Assembly (NCBI GenBank): GCA_002189035.1 | Contig: NEEC01000008.1 | Location: forward strand, 1,116,001-1,180,000 | Reading direction: 5' to 3' | From: Utricularia gibba | Taxonomy: Eukaryota > Plantae > Magnoliophyta | Length of the DNA: 64,000 nucleotides | In this document: positions 40,996 to 54,802 of the stretch, in pieces | Numbering within the stretch: the stretch's first letter is position 1 | Layout: each line of letters starts with the position of its first letter | Notes under the pieces: generated by a model | Seen by the model: only the letters and a program-made list of their open reading frames with translations | What the model was told of the DNA's origin: nothing | The model's database searches: none | Made by a program: the position numbers and the translations under genes

Positions 40996-41270
40996 CTCAA
41001 TAACCCTTCTGGGGATCCTCTTTAGAAGCTGGTCGAAGGGTGACCCTGCGGAGCTTCTACCCAGATGCAGTGCACAGCATTCATCTGCTCAGCATGATAC
41101 GGAGAGATGGTGCGTGCTCGATATCATCCCATGGGCAGTTAAGAATCTTCCCACAATGGCAAGAGCTCCAAATGGGGTGTAAGTAACCAATCTTCCGAGC
41201 ATCTTGTCAGTAGCATCAACTATGCACCATTGATGTCGTCCGATGCTTTTGAATGCCATGTTATGTTCCA
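40996..41270 (-). pseudogene. RPL13: Decayed relic of plastid ribosomal protein L13 (uL13c)
   Basis: Collinear fragments in shifting frames: WNITWHSKASDDIN / WCIVDATDKMLGRL / VTYTP-FGALAIV / (degenerate intron) MNA / HLGR...FDQLLKRIPRRVIE. Recalled uL13c reads WNxTWYPKASDHVN, WFVVDATDKILGRL, YTPSVDMGAFVIV, VNAEK, HSGRPGG..FDQLQQRIPERIVE. Confidence 0.82.
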
Positions 41271-41835
41271 AAGTATCAACCAGTTGCAGGCTACTCAGCT
41301 TCCAAAGTGAATGAACATCAGGAGGGAATCAAGTGAAAGAAACTTCAAGTCTCAAAGCAGACACAGAGAGCTTGAGGAGTGAACATCATCTGTGTGTTCC
41401 TTACACTATGAGTGTGTACCATCATTTCTGTTGTGTTCTTGGTGGTCCTGTCTGTACGCCCAAGAACAAAAAGCTGTCATTTTTATTAGATTCCAATCAC
41501 ATTTGATTCAGTTTTTGTACTAAAATCTGCTTTCCACTTTTTGGGAAAGGATATCCTTAACAAGTTCAGTGTAGATCATTCTCAGACGCCCAACAAGTTC
41601 AATGGGATGGGCGCTTGAGCCTGAACCCATGTCAAGGTTTCCCGTTTTCTGGGAGCAGTGCATGCATGTGTCTCAACAAGAACACATCCTCCATGGAAGC
41701 GAGTCTGAAGTTCTCACTTATCAGTTATCCTTCCTGTTGAAGGAGCCTTCACCATCCACATTGCCGTGGATGCGTTGTGCGCAGCGAAGCCATGGCTAAG
41801 TTCACCCCGACTTCTGAACCGGAGCTGAAGCTGAA

Positions 41836-44363
<2,528 letters not shown>

Positions 44364-45143
44364 CCTCAAACAACCCAGAAGGATATTCGCGTTTCGGGAC
44401 AACTAGATGCTAAAGAAACGGATACACGAACACCAAGGTGCCCAAAACCTCACCATTGCCAACACTGCATTCCCATCGACTGAGACGGGTGATAAGCCAC
44501 CAAAACCGGATCCCCAAGCTCCAAAGAAATTCCCTTTTCCAAACTAAAGAGCTCAGAGAAGGTCCCCGGAGGTCAGAGATATGGGTTTTGGATCTGCAGA
44601 TGAACGCTTGTCTGGCCGGTTACTCCACTTCTGTAATGAATTCGCAGTTAGCAAACCAACCGTTACCCGCAATTATAATTAATGCACACCAATTTTGAAT
44701 TTCTCTGTCTTTTTAATATATAAACTAAATCGAGTAAATAATTAAAAAATAGAAAAAAAAAAAAGACTTCATAAACATTTGGGCCGTCCAGCCCAAAGAT
44801 ACACCTACAAAACATGAGGCTTAGGGCTCGCTTGAAGTACCGCCTTTTGAGAGAACCGGCCGCCGGGCAAAGTGGCGTCCGTGTTCCGTTGCCGGCGAAG
44901 ATCGATATCCGGAATCCTCTTCGAGTGTCAATCGAAAGCGAACTTACTTTCTCTGTTGATTCATGGAGGACTCCACATTTCGCCGTCCCGTGTATCTCTG
45001 CCTTAACCTCAGATTTCGATTTGGATTCTCGTATTCGTTTTACGTTTCTTCTATAATCTCCCCGGCCGATCCAATGGGTTCTCGCTGCGATTAACATTCG
45101 AGAGCTCAATTTCACCCGGCCAACACTGACGCGGCAAGCGAAT

Positions 45144-45296
45144 TCAAGGGTTTGCACGTTTTATTGAGTTAGTGCAAAAATTTAGGTCTGCTGCCCTACA
45201 CGCCAAAAAATTGGGCAAATTGGGTTTGCGAAACCTATTACCCAATTGAGTGCTTAATGACTTTGCTTGTTGGGGCACGCCGGCTCCCTGAAACAT
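45144..45296 (-). other. 50-codon small ORF directly after a 3' splice site (uORF of the MAPK leader, or an independent microprotein)
   Basis: Intron 45297-45437 (CAG|GTTTG...TTCATAG|ATG). ORF MFQGAGVPQQAKSLSTQLGNRFRKPNLPNFLACRAADLNFCTNSIKRANP*. Site II cluster at 45502-45522. Confidence 0.5.
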
Positions 45297-45501
45297 CTAT
45301 GAACAGTTGCATCAAACGCGCCTCAAATCCTTCGATTAACTCAACACAAGTTATGCAAAACAAAAACCCTTCTACTGAGGCGCATCAATCGTCATCTGGA
45401 AAATCCCGGTAAAACTGGAAATAGTACGACGGCAAACCTGTGGAACCAACGGCGGCGATCACAGATGCAGACGGAGGGATTAAACAAAATGGAGAAGATA
45501 A

Positions 45502-45522
45502 AGCCCATTGGGCTCGTGGGCC
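45502..45522. promoter_or_regulatory. Site II cluster (three TGGGCY elements)
   Basis: AGCCCA 45502-45507, TGGGCT 45509-45514, TGGGCC 45517-45522. Confidence 0.65.
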
Positions 45523-46393
45523 ACTTTGTAGAATAAAGATGATTAGTAGCTGGTATTTGCCTCAGATGTCTTAATTCTGACCCAAAGAGAAAATAGAAAT
45601 AAAAAGTTATGATTTTCAGAAATAATTTTTTTTTATATTCGATAAGATAAATATTCACTGTGAAAATTTTCGAGGCAGGAGTGGATGACCGGCCTGAACC
45701 TGTTTTTAGCTACACGTGGAGGTACGTGGAAGTGGCATTCTGTCTCCTTGTGGTGCATTCTCTTCCAGAAGTAATTGATTCCCTCGAGACTCTGTGTGCG
45801 TCTTTCCCTGTTTCATGTTCATGTGGATATAATCTAGTGGGAAGTGTTGTTTTTCACCTGCGGGGAAGAGAGTTCCATGCCGTGTAGTGCTAAAAAACTG
45901 TCTGGGGAAAAATTGATTCTTTGCAGCTGATGATGTGTTGTTGCTTCTGTTAATCTATGACAGAAGTGATGATGGGGATGTTAAGCTTTGGATTCGTTTT
46001 TTATCCTTTTACGTTGTAGCTGCTGTGACATTTTTTTTTTCATTTTGGAGGAATGCTCGACCGCTTCGGCTTGTAATGTAACATGTAGATGAAAATGGCG
46101 TAAAACAAGTTTGGTTTAGCTGTTGTTTCTGGCATTTGCTGTTTCTTAATCGTGCAGTTGTCCAGCATGAAGCTTGTTAAGGCTCTGTGGAATTTAATCA
46201 AAGTTGTGCAGTTGTTTTGCTTATGCTTATCGTGCTCCGGTGACCTGAGCCCTGTTCTAGGACACTATATTTTGTCTATGGGGCGTTATAGTATACTCCT
46301 GACATGATGTGAAACCATTATTGCCTTTATTTCGAGGAGATGCGAACTGAGCGCATACAATCAACCCCCACATGATGGATTCCGGCAGAATTA

Positions 46394-47804
46394 TTAGAGT
46401 GCAAAAGCTCTTGATGGAAGGGTGCAGTTGAGTGCTACCAGAGTTGGTTCAATGAGGCTCTGCTCAATTCGAGAAGATGCTTCTTGTGTGAAATGTATTC
46501 CATCCCAGAAAATGTGTTCCGCTGGATTCTCGCAAACGGGCACTCCTGGACTTGCACAGAATCGTTCAGCTGTGTAGTTGTACTTCCCTCCTATCCCACA
46601 GCAGGCTACCAGTGCTGTGTCCGCTCGGCTCTCTGCAAGCAGCCACACTTAGTTTCCTCTTCCAGAGTACACGAAGGAGAAAAAGGGATCATGCCTGAGT
46701 TCATTGCCTCTGCAAGGATCGCAAGGACGCCCTCATCGAAAGCTCCATAGATAATGGTGACACCAGGGAACTCCCTAGTCAAGTTGTTGAGAGCTTGCTC
46801 AAGGTAATTATTTTTTTGATCGATGAGTTGATTAACGCTGCTCAGACAACCGAGATTGTCGTAGGCTGCTGCGTCATCGGTCTGCAGAGCCGTCAGGATG
46901 TAAGGAAAGCACCCAAGCGGAGCACTTGCTGGGACGACGACAATCTTGCTTCCCATGTTGATGAGCTCCTGCTTGATCATATAGCATCAGTAAAGCGAAG
47001 CTGCCATGGAAGCAGGTTCAAGCAAACCTTGCCTTCACGGTGTCGATCTGGGCGTCGGTGATCGGAACGATATATGATCCAAGCTGCTCGACGGTTTTCC
47101 CCTGTGTTAAGGCGTAACCGATGTCGTTGGCTTCGAGGTCACCAAGCAGCACAAGAGCATTCTCCAGTCTGCTCCTCACACAGTCTGATGCAGGACACAG
47201 AAGCTCTTAGCATCATTTTCTGTAGCACAGTTTATAAGCACACTACGGGACTCAGCTTCACCTGTTGAAGAATTGCAGACAGACAGAAGATGGTCTTTGA
47301 ACCAGTCGAGTTGGGTTTTGAGGGAGACTGCGTAAGGTGGAATCTTGACTCCTCTCTCAGCAAAGAAGGCGGAGTCCAGCACCGGACTTCTCGCCACCGA
47401 GAATATGACGCCGTTGCTGGAATTCGAGCTGGGCGACAAGTAAGGTACGATTTCCGGGAACCCGAAGTCGAAAGCTGGAAACCACAAAGATAAAATCAAT
47501 CTTCTGCGATATCCTCACTCCATTGAATGAATATTCAGAGGTCGTCTAGTTTACCGGCGAAGTCGAAGTCAATAAGGCCATCGGACCATCTACCGTTGGG
47601 CCTCCCGGGGAACGTCCTACCGTACGGCAAACGAGAAGGCGGGAGCAGAGGACCCCAGGGCTTGATGAGGACGGAGTTCCCGACGTCCGTCGCGCCGTCT
47701 CCGAAATGGTAGAGATAATCAAAGGGGCAGACAGTGTTCTGAGACCCAACAGAGATGATCCCCAGGAAGAAGATGCAGAGGAAAATGGGAGACGCAGCAG
47801 CCAT
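46394..47804 (-). CDS. Secreted GDSL esterase/lipase family protein lacking the catalytic Ser, 5 exons
   Basis: Signal peptide MAAASPIFLCIFFLGIISVGS. Block I FGDGATDVGN, PYGRTFPGRPNGRWSDG, block III DLEAND, ACCGIGGKYNY, block V IFWDGIHFTQ. Confidence 0.93.
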
Positions 47805-49190
47805 TGTCTGTCCCTGGTCGATGCAGGACGCCTGGCTGTAGTGAATATGAAACACAGAGACGGAGGTTGAAGATGAGCCCAGCCGAGCCAATGTGGAGTG
47901 GATGGATGGATGGACCACACCGCAGCAATTAACTTCTGCCACTGACTCCCCGAACACAGAGCAGCATGTCTCATCCCATCATCGTTAAACAACTCTTACG
48001 TTAAAAATCTTTCTCAATTAAAAAAAAATTGATTTCTGTAATTTATAAAAATAAAACTCCTTTTTGAAACTCATTCATATATTATATAAAACTATTTTAC
48101 AATGATTTTATAATGTAATTTTAATATTATTTTATAAAATAATATTACAATCTGAAGCACCAATTCAAATTACAAAAGAAACCCTAAAAATAGTTGTACA
48201 AAATCACTTTTGGAGAAGCCTAATAAAATAGAATTAATTTTTGTTTAACTACAATTTCAACCGTCTAGCTTTTGACTAATTGTATTGATGCCAGTCAGTT
48301 GAGTTGGTGCACCAAAAGTCCCTACCGCGGCAGTTGGCGTTCATCAAGCCACAGATTTGATGGTTATAAAATAATAATCAAGATTTTTAATGGAAATTCC
48401 CAATTAAAAAACGAAAAATAGCGTACGGATTTTCTTTTAGCCGCCCACGTGCCCTTGTCCGCGACTTACATCCCACCGGCTTTTTTTAAAATATCCACTG
48501 CATATCTTACCGGTTGACTAGTCGCCGGTAATACCCGTAATTGCAATTTTTTTTCAGATCTATTAAAAAAATAAATTGCATAAAAAAAGAATCGGATACG
48601 ATTTATTAAGGGATAAATGGATTTGATTATATTGGATTAAATTAAATTGATAATAAAATGAATGAATTTGCATACGAAATCAAATACATATTAAACTAAA
48701 ACATTATTATTGAAAATTTTTTAAAGGTGTTTTTACTTTTTAAAAATTATTTTAAAAAATTAAAAATAATAATAAAAGCAAATTACTTTTTAATTTTTCA
48801 AAAATAATTTTTGTATTTTTTATTTTAAAAATTTTTTAATACAATTATTTTTAAAATTGACAACATTGTAAAAAAAATTATTTTTATTTTTTAAAAAATA
48901 GAAATAATTTTCAAAAATTTTCCAAAACAGTACTTACTACTTTTATTATTTATTTCTCTCTGATGTCACAAATAGCATTTTTTTTATAGTCAAGCTCTTA
49001 TATGAAACAAAAATAATAAGTTTGTATTTAAATATCAACTCAACTCAGTTCACACGTCATATCTAAGAAAAGGACGTGAAAAGGGAAAATGCTTTACTCG
49101 TATATGGGCTTCTCGATCACAAATGAGGCCCAATTACTTCATCCATAATGGGTCGTTGACGCAATCTAATCCGGCCCATCAAATGGTACG

Positions 49191-49361
49191 ACACACTTTG
49201 CCGGACGGTTCAATCGACCCGGGCACCTGGAACGCAGCGCCGATATGGTGCTCCGTCAGCAATAGCATGCGTTGAGGTACGTCCAATAAGTCACATGCGG
49301 TATTGGTATTGTGGAGGGGAAGACGGGAGCCGAACCGGGGCAACACACTTTGCCGGACGGT
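49191..49361. repeat. 19-bp perfect direct repeat flanking a 133-bp GC-rich segment
   Basis: ACACACTTTGCCGGACGGT at 49191-49209 and 49343-49361. Confidence 0.85.
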
Positions 49362-51345
49362 CGGTCGGCCGGCCGGCCATGTGACCCTCCAAAGATACCA
49401 CATGATTCGATGCTTTAACGCCTCCATTGCCCCTCCCTCCCTCACTCACATGCTCCATACTCTCAACATCTTCTCTCCAACTGCACATGTTTTTTTTATG
49501 TGGATATTAAAAAAAAAAAGTCCATTCGAAATAATGTTGTAACTGATAGAGCTCGGGTTTTGAATAGAAAAATACTCAACTATTCTTTAATGTTATTTTT
49601 ATCCTTTATTCCATTATTTCAATAGATTGTATTTTATTCACATATAATTTAATCAATAAATCAAACATATAGATAATATTTAATTTCCTACCAAAATCTT
49701 CTATATGAATCCAACAAAACACATTCTGTTAAGTTTTAACGAAGCTACTAAACATATCCATATAGCTAGCTATATGGGTTACGAAAGTATTTCATAAATG
49801 ATGCGTATATCAAACATACATAATTCTCAATGTAGCCTAGAATGAACAAGAACACACAAAATAACAAGAACAATAACCAAGAAACCTCAATCTTAGTAAT
49901 CTAATGTACCAAAGGTATTTTTGACCATTCAATACATTAACTATATCCACAATTCAATTGATTCATTATGAAAGAAAAGATCACTTTTTATAGAGCATAA
50001 ACAATTGTATAGTATATAATCGAATTCGTAAAATTAAGAAATGTGGTTAATTTAACCATTAGCTAGTCTTACGCAAGACTAGGAATTCGATTGCAATCAT
50101 CAAAGACTAAGCCAAGCTTTTGATTTAATTACCCACTAATTTCCTATTAATTTCCTATTCCAATAATTAGATTATTATAATTAAATATTACAACACTCAA
50201 TACGCCATCCTACCAAATAGGGTCATGAGCATTAGTACCTTAGAATTTCTCTTATAAATTTACTGATTTTAAATGAAATATGGACAACATGGAAGTCTTG
50301 GTAGAGGATAGGTTAGTGCTCTATCCTTGTCCTCACAAGGGCAAAACTCATCACAACCCTTGTTCTATGTTACTACAAGAGCAACGTGCACCTTATGTTT
50401 CTTGTCCCTTCTCATGTTCGAGTAGGGTAACCTTGCAAAGTACACTCTTGGCAATATCTCTTGCTAATATAAAAAAAAAATTCAAAATATTAATAAATTT
50501 TAAAAATAAATTAAATTATCCATTTTTTTAGTAATCTGTAGAGATAAATGTTGAAAAAACTGTAATTGAACCACGAATCGTTCATAATGACTCGTTTTAT
50601 AGTTGTGTCTTGCATAATTTTTTCTTTTTATTTGTGACTTTCTAAAGTATAAATTAATAATTTTGTACAACATAACTTATTTTTATTATGAAAAAATGAA
50701 ATATAATTAATGTTTCTACAAATTTTTGTATTGGTTTTTATAAAATATTATAATTTGATTTTAAAAATAATTTCCTTTTTAGAATAGAAAATACCCATTT
50801 TTTCCTCATTATACTTTTAAACTAGGTGTCTATGTTCATGTAAACCATTGGAATACAATACCAAATTTGTCTATAATTTATTTAATATTAATTTAAATAT
50901 TTTTGAATGTATTGGACAAAACTTTTTCCTTCATATATTCAACATATTTTTATTATTTTTAATAAAATATTATTTATGGGCGGTGTAGTGTATCTTTTAC
51001 AGAGTATCTTTGACGGTTGGAAGAGGAAGTAATTGACTTGGCCATTGAGGTCTGTCATTGGAGGGTTTGATGTAAAAAGTACACCTGAATCTCACTGAAC
51101 AGCAGTCGCTGGGTTTGAACTCGGAAGAGATCTGACCGGAGTCATGTTTTCAGATTGTGCGAAGAAGACGCAGAATTCATGAGAACCAGAAAGCTACGAG
51201 TTGCTTCTGGTAAGAATCCATATTCTTCTATGTGGGAAGAAAAACACAAAAAATTACAGTGGACGGAGAGTTCCGGGGATGTATCTCAGACGATCCCACA
51301 GCTAATTCTCTCCGGCGAAACGAAAAAGAAAAAGGAAAACCCCCC

Positions 51346-53070
51346 TCAAGCTTGACTCTCCAAATCCTTGGCTCCGATGAACGTGCCGTGGAAACCGTAG
51401 GGCACTCTCGATGGGAGAATAATGGCGGCCTCCCTATTCAGTGTGACGGCGTTAACGATTTCCAGCTCCGATTTCCCCGACTTCTCATCATGCACGTACG
51501 CCAGAACGTATCCCGTTTCCTCATCTTCTCCGGTGGGGTGAAACAGTGGCTCACCGCCGTACTTATCCTCGCCGTACAAATACTTATGTACTTCTCCGGT
51601 GAAGAGGTCCACTTTTGCGAAGCCAGAAACTTTGGGCCACGGCTCCGCGATCGCTAAGTAGGCGTATCGTGTTTTTCTCCCAAGGAGATTACGATTCACC
51701 ATTCCGGCTTCGAGATTCACCTGATCCTGCTCCGACATTATGGGTCTTCTTGTCGATTCCCCTGTTTTTAAATTCAGTCTGATCTCCGACAAAACGCTCT
51801 TCAGTTTCTCTTCGTGCTCGTTGAAAATGGAGTCCGGGGGAGACATGCAGGACCCGATTACTACAATTTCATCTGTCTCAGGCTCCTCCCAGGCGTTCCA
51901 GAGATGGAAACAGAAGCAATTTGGGACATTGACCCATTTTATGGAGTCTCCGTTTTCGGAGTACTTATCCAGCACACCGAATCTCGATTCCTTCTTCTTG
52001 TCGTAGATTACGGGGGATCCTCCTCTGAGCATTTCAGACATTTTGAAAACCACTTGCTGATCTGGGATTATCACGAACTTCTCTGTAATGGCGAAATCGT
52101 GCATCATTGTGGGTTCAGAGACAGGGATTTCGACGTCCTGCGATTTCTCCCCTGTTTTCGAGAACCGAAAGTATTTCAGGTACGGTTTACGAACCACGTC
52201 GTAGCTCAAAGCGAAGAGTTCGCCGGAAACGGGGTCGAGTTTCGGATGAGCGATCATGGTGTCCTTAAGCTGGCTGTTGAAACTGTAGCTCCCCACGGTT
52301 TTCAAATCGCCGTCGCTGGTAACACGGACGTGGTAAGGTAAATCGTCTTCGGACATGGCGAGTAACCGGCGATTAAAGTAAACTAAGCCGGCGTTGGCGA
52401 CTCCGGCGCCACGAGTGTGATCGATGAGCTTGAAAAGACCGCGAGCGAAGTAAAGGAGCAACCTTGCGATCCCGGAGTGGCCGTGAAGTTCGCCGATAGC
52501 TTTAGGAAAAATTGGCTTCCCCCAGGCCCGTTCTTGTAGGAATCTGCTGGTTTCAGTGAATCTGGAGGCGTAGGATGCGGACCCGTTTTCGAATTTCACG
52601 GCATGGATCATGCCGTCGCCGTCGAAAAAGTGGTGGCCAGCGACAGGGGCGTGCAGGGGATTAGCTCCGTTTCTGACGTACACCCCTTGTATGGAATCCG
52701 GAATCTTCCCAATCACTGGCAAAGAGCCTTTCACGGGGTGCTCCGGCACCGGAGCAAAGTTTCCGGCGATTTGGACTGACGGGTCCGCCGTTTTAGGCAA
52801 AGCGCGCTCCAGCTCCCGAGCGTTGATCTCAGATTCAATGGCGTCCAGAGCAATCGCCGCGGCCTTTTGTAGAATATTCCATTGGGTCACAATGTTTTTC
52901 CCACCCCGCGGCGACTCAATCTCCGGCGGCCGGACCACCGCCGGGGCATGAAGCGTTTGAGCTCGAAGAGCACACTGAACGGTGTTAGGCGCCCGCTTCC
53001 GTGACACTGAAGACTTCCGGTATCCCGAAGAAGAACAAAAAGCAGGTTTAAGAAGTGATGTGGAGGCCAT
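51346..53070 (-). CDS. NCED: 9-cis-epoxycarotenoid dioxygenase (ABA biosynthesis), intronless, NCED3/NCED1-like
   Basis: ATG at 53070 (MASTSLLK; the track's earlier start is a TTG). [26 protein letters not shown], and four Fe-binding His motifs MIAHPK, MMHDF, CFHLWN, YGFHGTF. Confidence 0.97.
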   Translation of the reverse strand: MASTSLLKPAFCSSSGYRKSSVSRKRAPNTVQCALRAQTLHAPAVVRPPEIESPRGGKNIVTQWNILQKAAAIALDAIESEINARELERALPKTADPSVQIAGNFAPVPEHPVKGSLPVIGKIPDSIQGVYVRNGANPLHAPVAGHHFFDGDGMIHAVKFENGSASYASRFTETSRFLQERAWGKPIFPKAIGELHGHSGIARLLLYFARGLFKLIDHTRGAGVANAGLVYFNRRLLAMSEDDLPYHVRVTSDGDLKTVGSYSFNSQLKDTMIAHPKLDPVSGELFALSYDVVRKPYLKYFRFSKTGEKSQDVEIPVSEPTMMHDFAITEKFVIIPDQQVVFKMSEMLRGGSPVIYDKKKESRFGVLDKYSENGDSIKWVNVPNCFCFHLWNAWEEPETDEIVVIGSCMSPPDSIFNEHEEKLKSVLSEIRLNLKTGESTRRPIMSEQDQVNLEAGMVNRNLLGRKTRYAYLAIAEPWPKVSGFAKVDLFTGEVHKYLYGEDKYGGEPLFHPTGEDEETGYVLAYVHDEKSGKSELEIVNAVTLNREAAIILPSRVPYGFHGTFIGAKDLESQA

Positions 53071-53129
53071 TGCTGCCTGCTGGTCGTCTTTTCCCAATTG
53101 AGCGTCTGGTTAAGGCGGTGACCGCCAAG

Positions 53130-53590
53130 TATATATAAGCGGGGGATAGAGGTGAAAGGTGGGGTCCATCGTCCCAAACAGGGACCCACAAATGAAAAAA
53201 AAAACCGAAAATACAATATTCTAGACGTTTTGCATTGTAAAAAAAAATTAAAAAAGAAAATACAAGAGGAATTAAGCATCACATGAAGCCACGTGGAATA
53301 TTCGTGAATAGTAATTAAATAATTAAATAATAATTGACCGTAGGCCCACAACCACTCTCGTAGGTGGCATCTACCCGAACATCAAGATTTGGTTAATATA
53401 AATAAATAAATAAATAAATAATACCTGAAAAGTGATACGAATAATGACCAGTAATTTGGTAAGCGGGTCGGTCACTCATCTTCTTGCGTGCCGACCGTTA
53501 AACCAGATTAGAGACCCCAATTTGAACGGTCAAACACCCGCGTAAACGTTGACCCCAGTGATAATACACCACGTGGACACCGACTCCGTC
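53130..53590 (-). promoter_or_regulatory. Stress-responsive NCED promoter module
   Basis: TATA-like TATATA at about 53131. G-box/ABRE CCACGTGG at 53289-53296 and 53569-53576. DRE/CRT cores GCCGAC 53490-53495 and ACCGAC 53579-53584. W-box TTGACC at about 53335 and 53549. Confidence 0.7.
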
Positions 53591-54780
53591 ATAATGGTAA
53601 CAATTTGTATGGCTAGTAATTTTTTATCAATATAATAATATTTATGAATATGGATATTCACTATTGTATGCTTAAATTATTAATATATTTGTAATATTAC
53701 ATCTGTTTATCAAAAATATTTCCGTAATTATCAAACATGAAGACCGTAGTTTGTGATGCAACATTAGCATAATTGCGGAGTATATTCCAATGTTTAGTCT
53801 CTCACAAACCGTACGAACAAAAAGTGGTACACTTTTCTCAGTCAAAATAGGATTACTTTTACAATCAACCCCAGTAACATGTATTCTATGAAAAGGGTGA
53901 TGTGTTGTAAGTTAAGATAACATTTTTAATCATAAAATAAAGTTTAACAAGAGCTATCGGTACCAGAAGTTTAAGTATTTATCTCAATGTACATTACGTC
54001 GTCGTATTGTGGACTGAAGTACTTTGACCAGTGACGTATGCAATTACGACATCTTCAAATAGTGCAATCCAACTGAGGCGGCGGCGGAGGAAAGGGGAGG
54101 ACGGCGGGGCGTGGTGGTCAAGTCCACACCTGCGCGTAGAGCTTTATCATCATCGGAAGTCTCCGGTGTACGGTCGCCTAACCATTCCAAACGTTTCAGT
54201 ATAAAAATAGACTCATACTTTATAGTACGTAAAATATAGTCAATTTTAAAATTATGAAACTTTTTTTGTAATATATTACAAAAATATATTATAAAGTTAA
54301 ATAAATTGATTATCACCAATGTATTTAGGGTGCATTTGGCTTCAAATCAAACAATAGGTGAATTGATTTACTTGATATTAGTGTGAGTTCAAAGATTTAG
54401 TGACCATATCTTATATTATTTATGAATAAGAAAGAAAATATATTTAAATAGAATGAACTTTTTAATCTTTTATAATATTTTTTTGTAGAAAAAAATATAA
54501 AAATATAATAATTAATTATTCAAAATGAATAATATTATATAAAAATAACGTGAATCATGACATTTGATATTAGAGTATAATAGGGTTTTATTTTTAAATG
54601 ATAGGTTTAGTTGAAAATTATTTAAACGTGATGAAATTTAAATATTTCACGAAATATTTTAAATTGATGGGATTCTTAAATCACATTTCCAATAAACAGT
54701 TTTCTAGAAATAATCATGCAGTTATTTCAAATATCCTTATTTGTTACAATTAGAATGTAATAAAGCCTACTACTGAAGTG

Positions 54781-54802
54781 TCCCTCCCTCCCTCCCTCCC
54801 TC
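54781..54802. repeat. (TCCC)n microsatellite
   Basis: tccctccctccctccctccctc read directly. Confidence 0.85.

Noticed and set aside
45150-45360. Imperfect long-range inverted repeat (TTTGCA..TTGAGTTA / TAACTCAA..TGCAAA), considered as a MITE or telomerase-RNA-like structure
   Set aside because: The paired blocks are only 6-8 bp and there is no TSD, no USE/TATA Pol III promoter and no convincing telomere template. The minus-strand intron plus sORF model explains the region better.
46240-46365. H/ACA or C/D snoRNA-like hairpins with ATAGTA and ACA boxes
   Set aside because: Pocket-to-box spacing is about 9 nt rather than 14-16, box C is imperfect, and I found no convincing rRNA guide.
48710-48925. 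AT-rich foldback resembling a MITE
   Set aside because: Very low complexity makes inverted similarity expected, and no TIR or TSD can be defined.
50280-50460. GC-enriched patch with AGGGCAAAACTC, resembling a miR399 star arm
   Set aside because: The mature miR399 sequence and a long hairpin are both absent.
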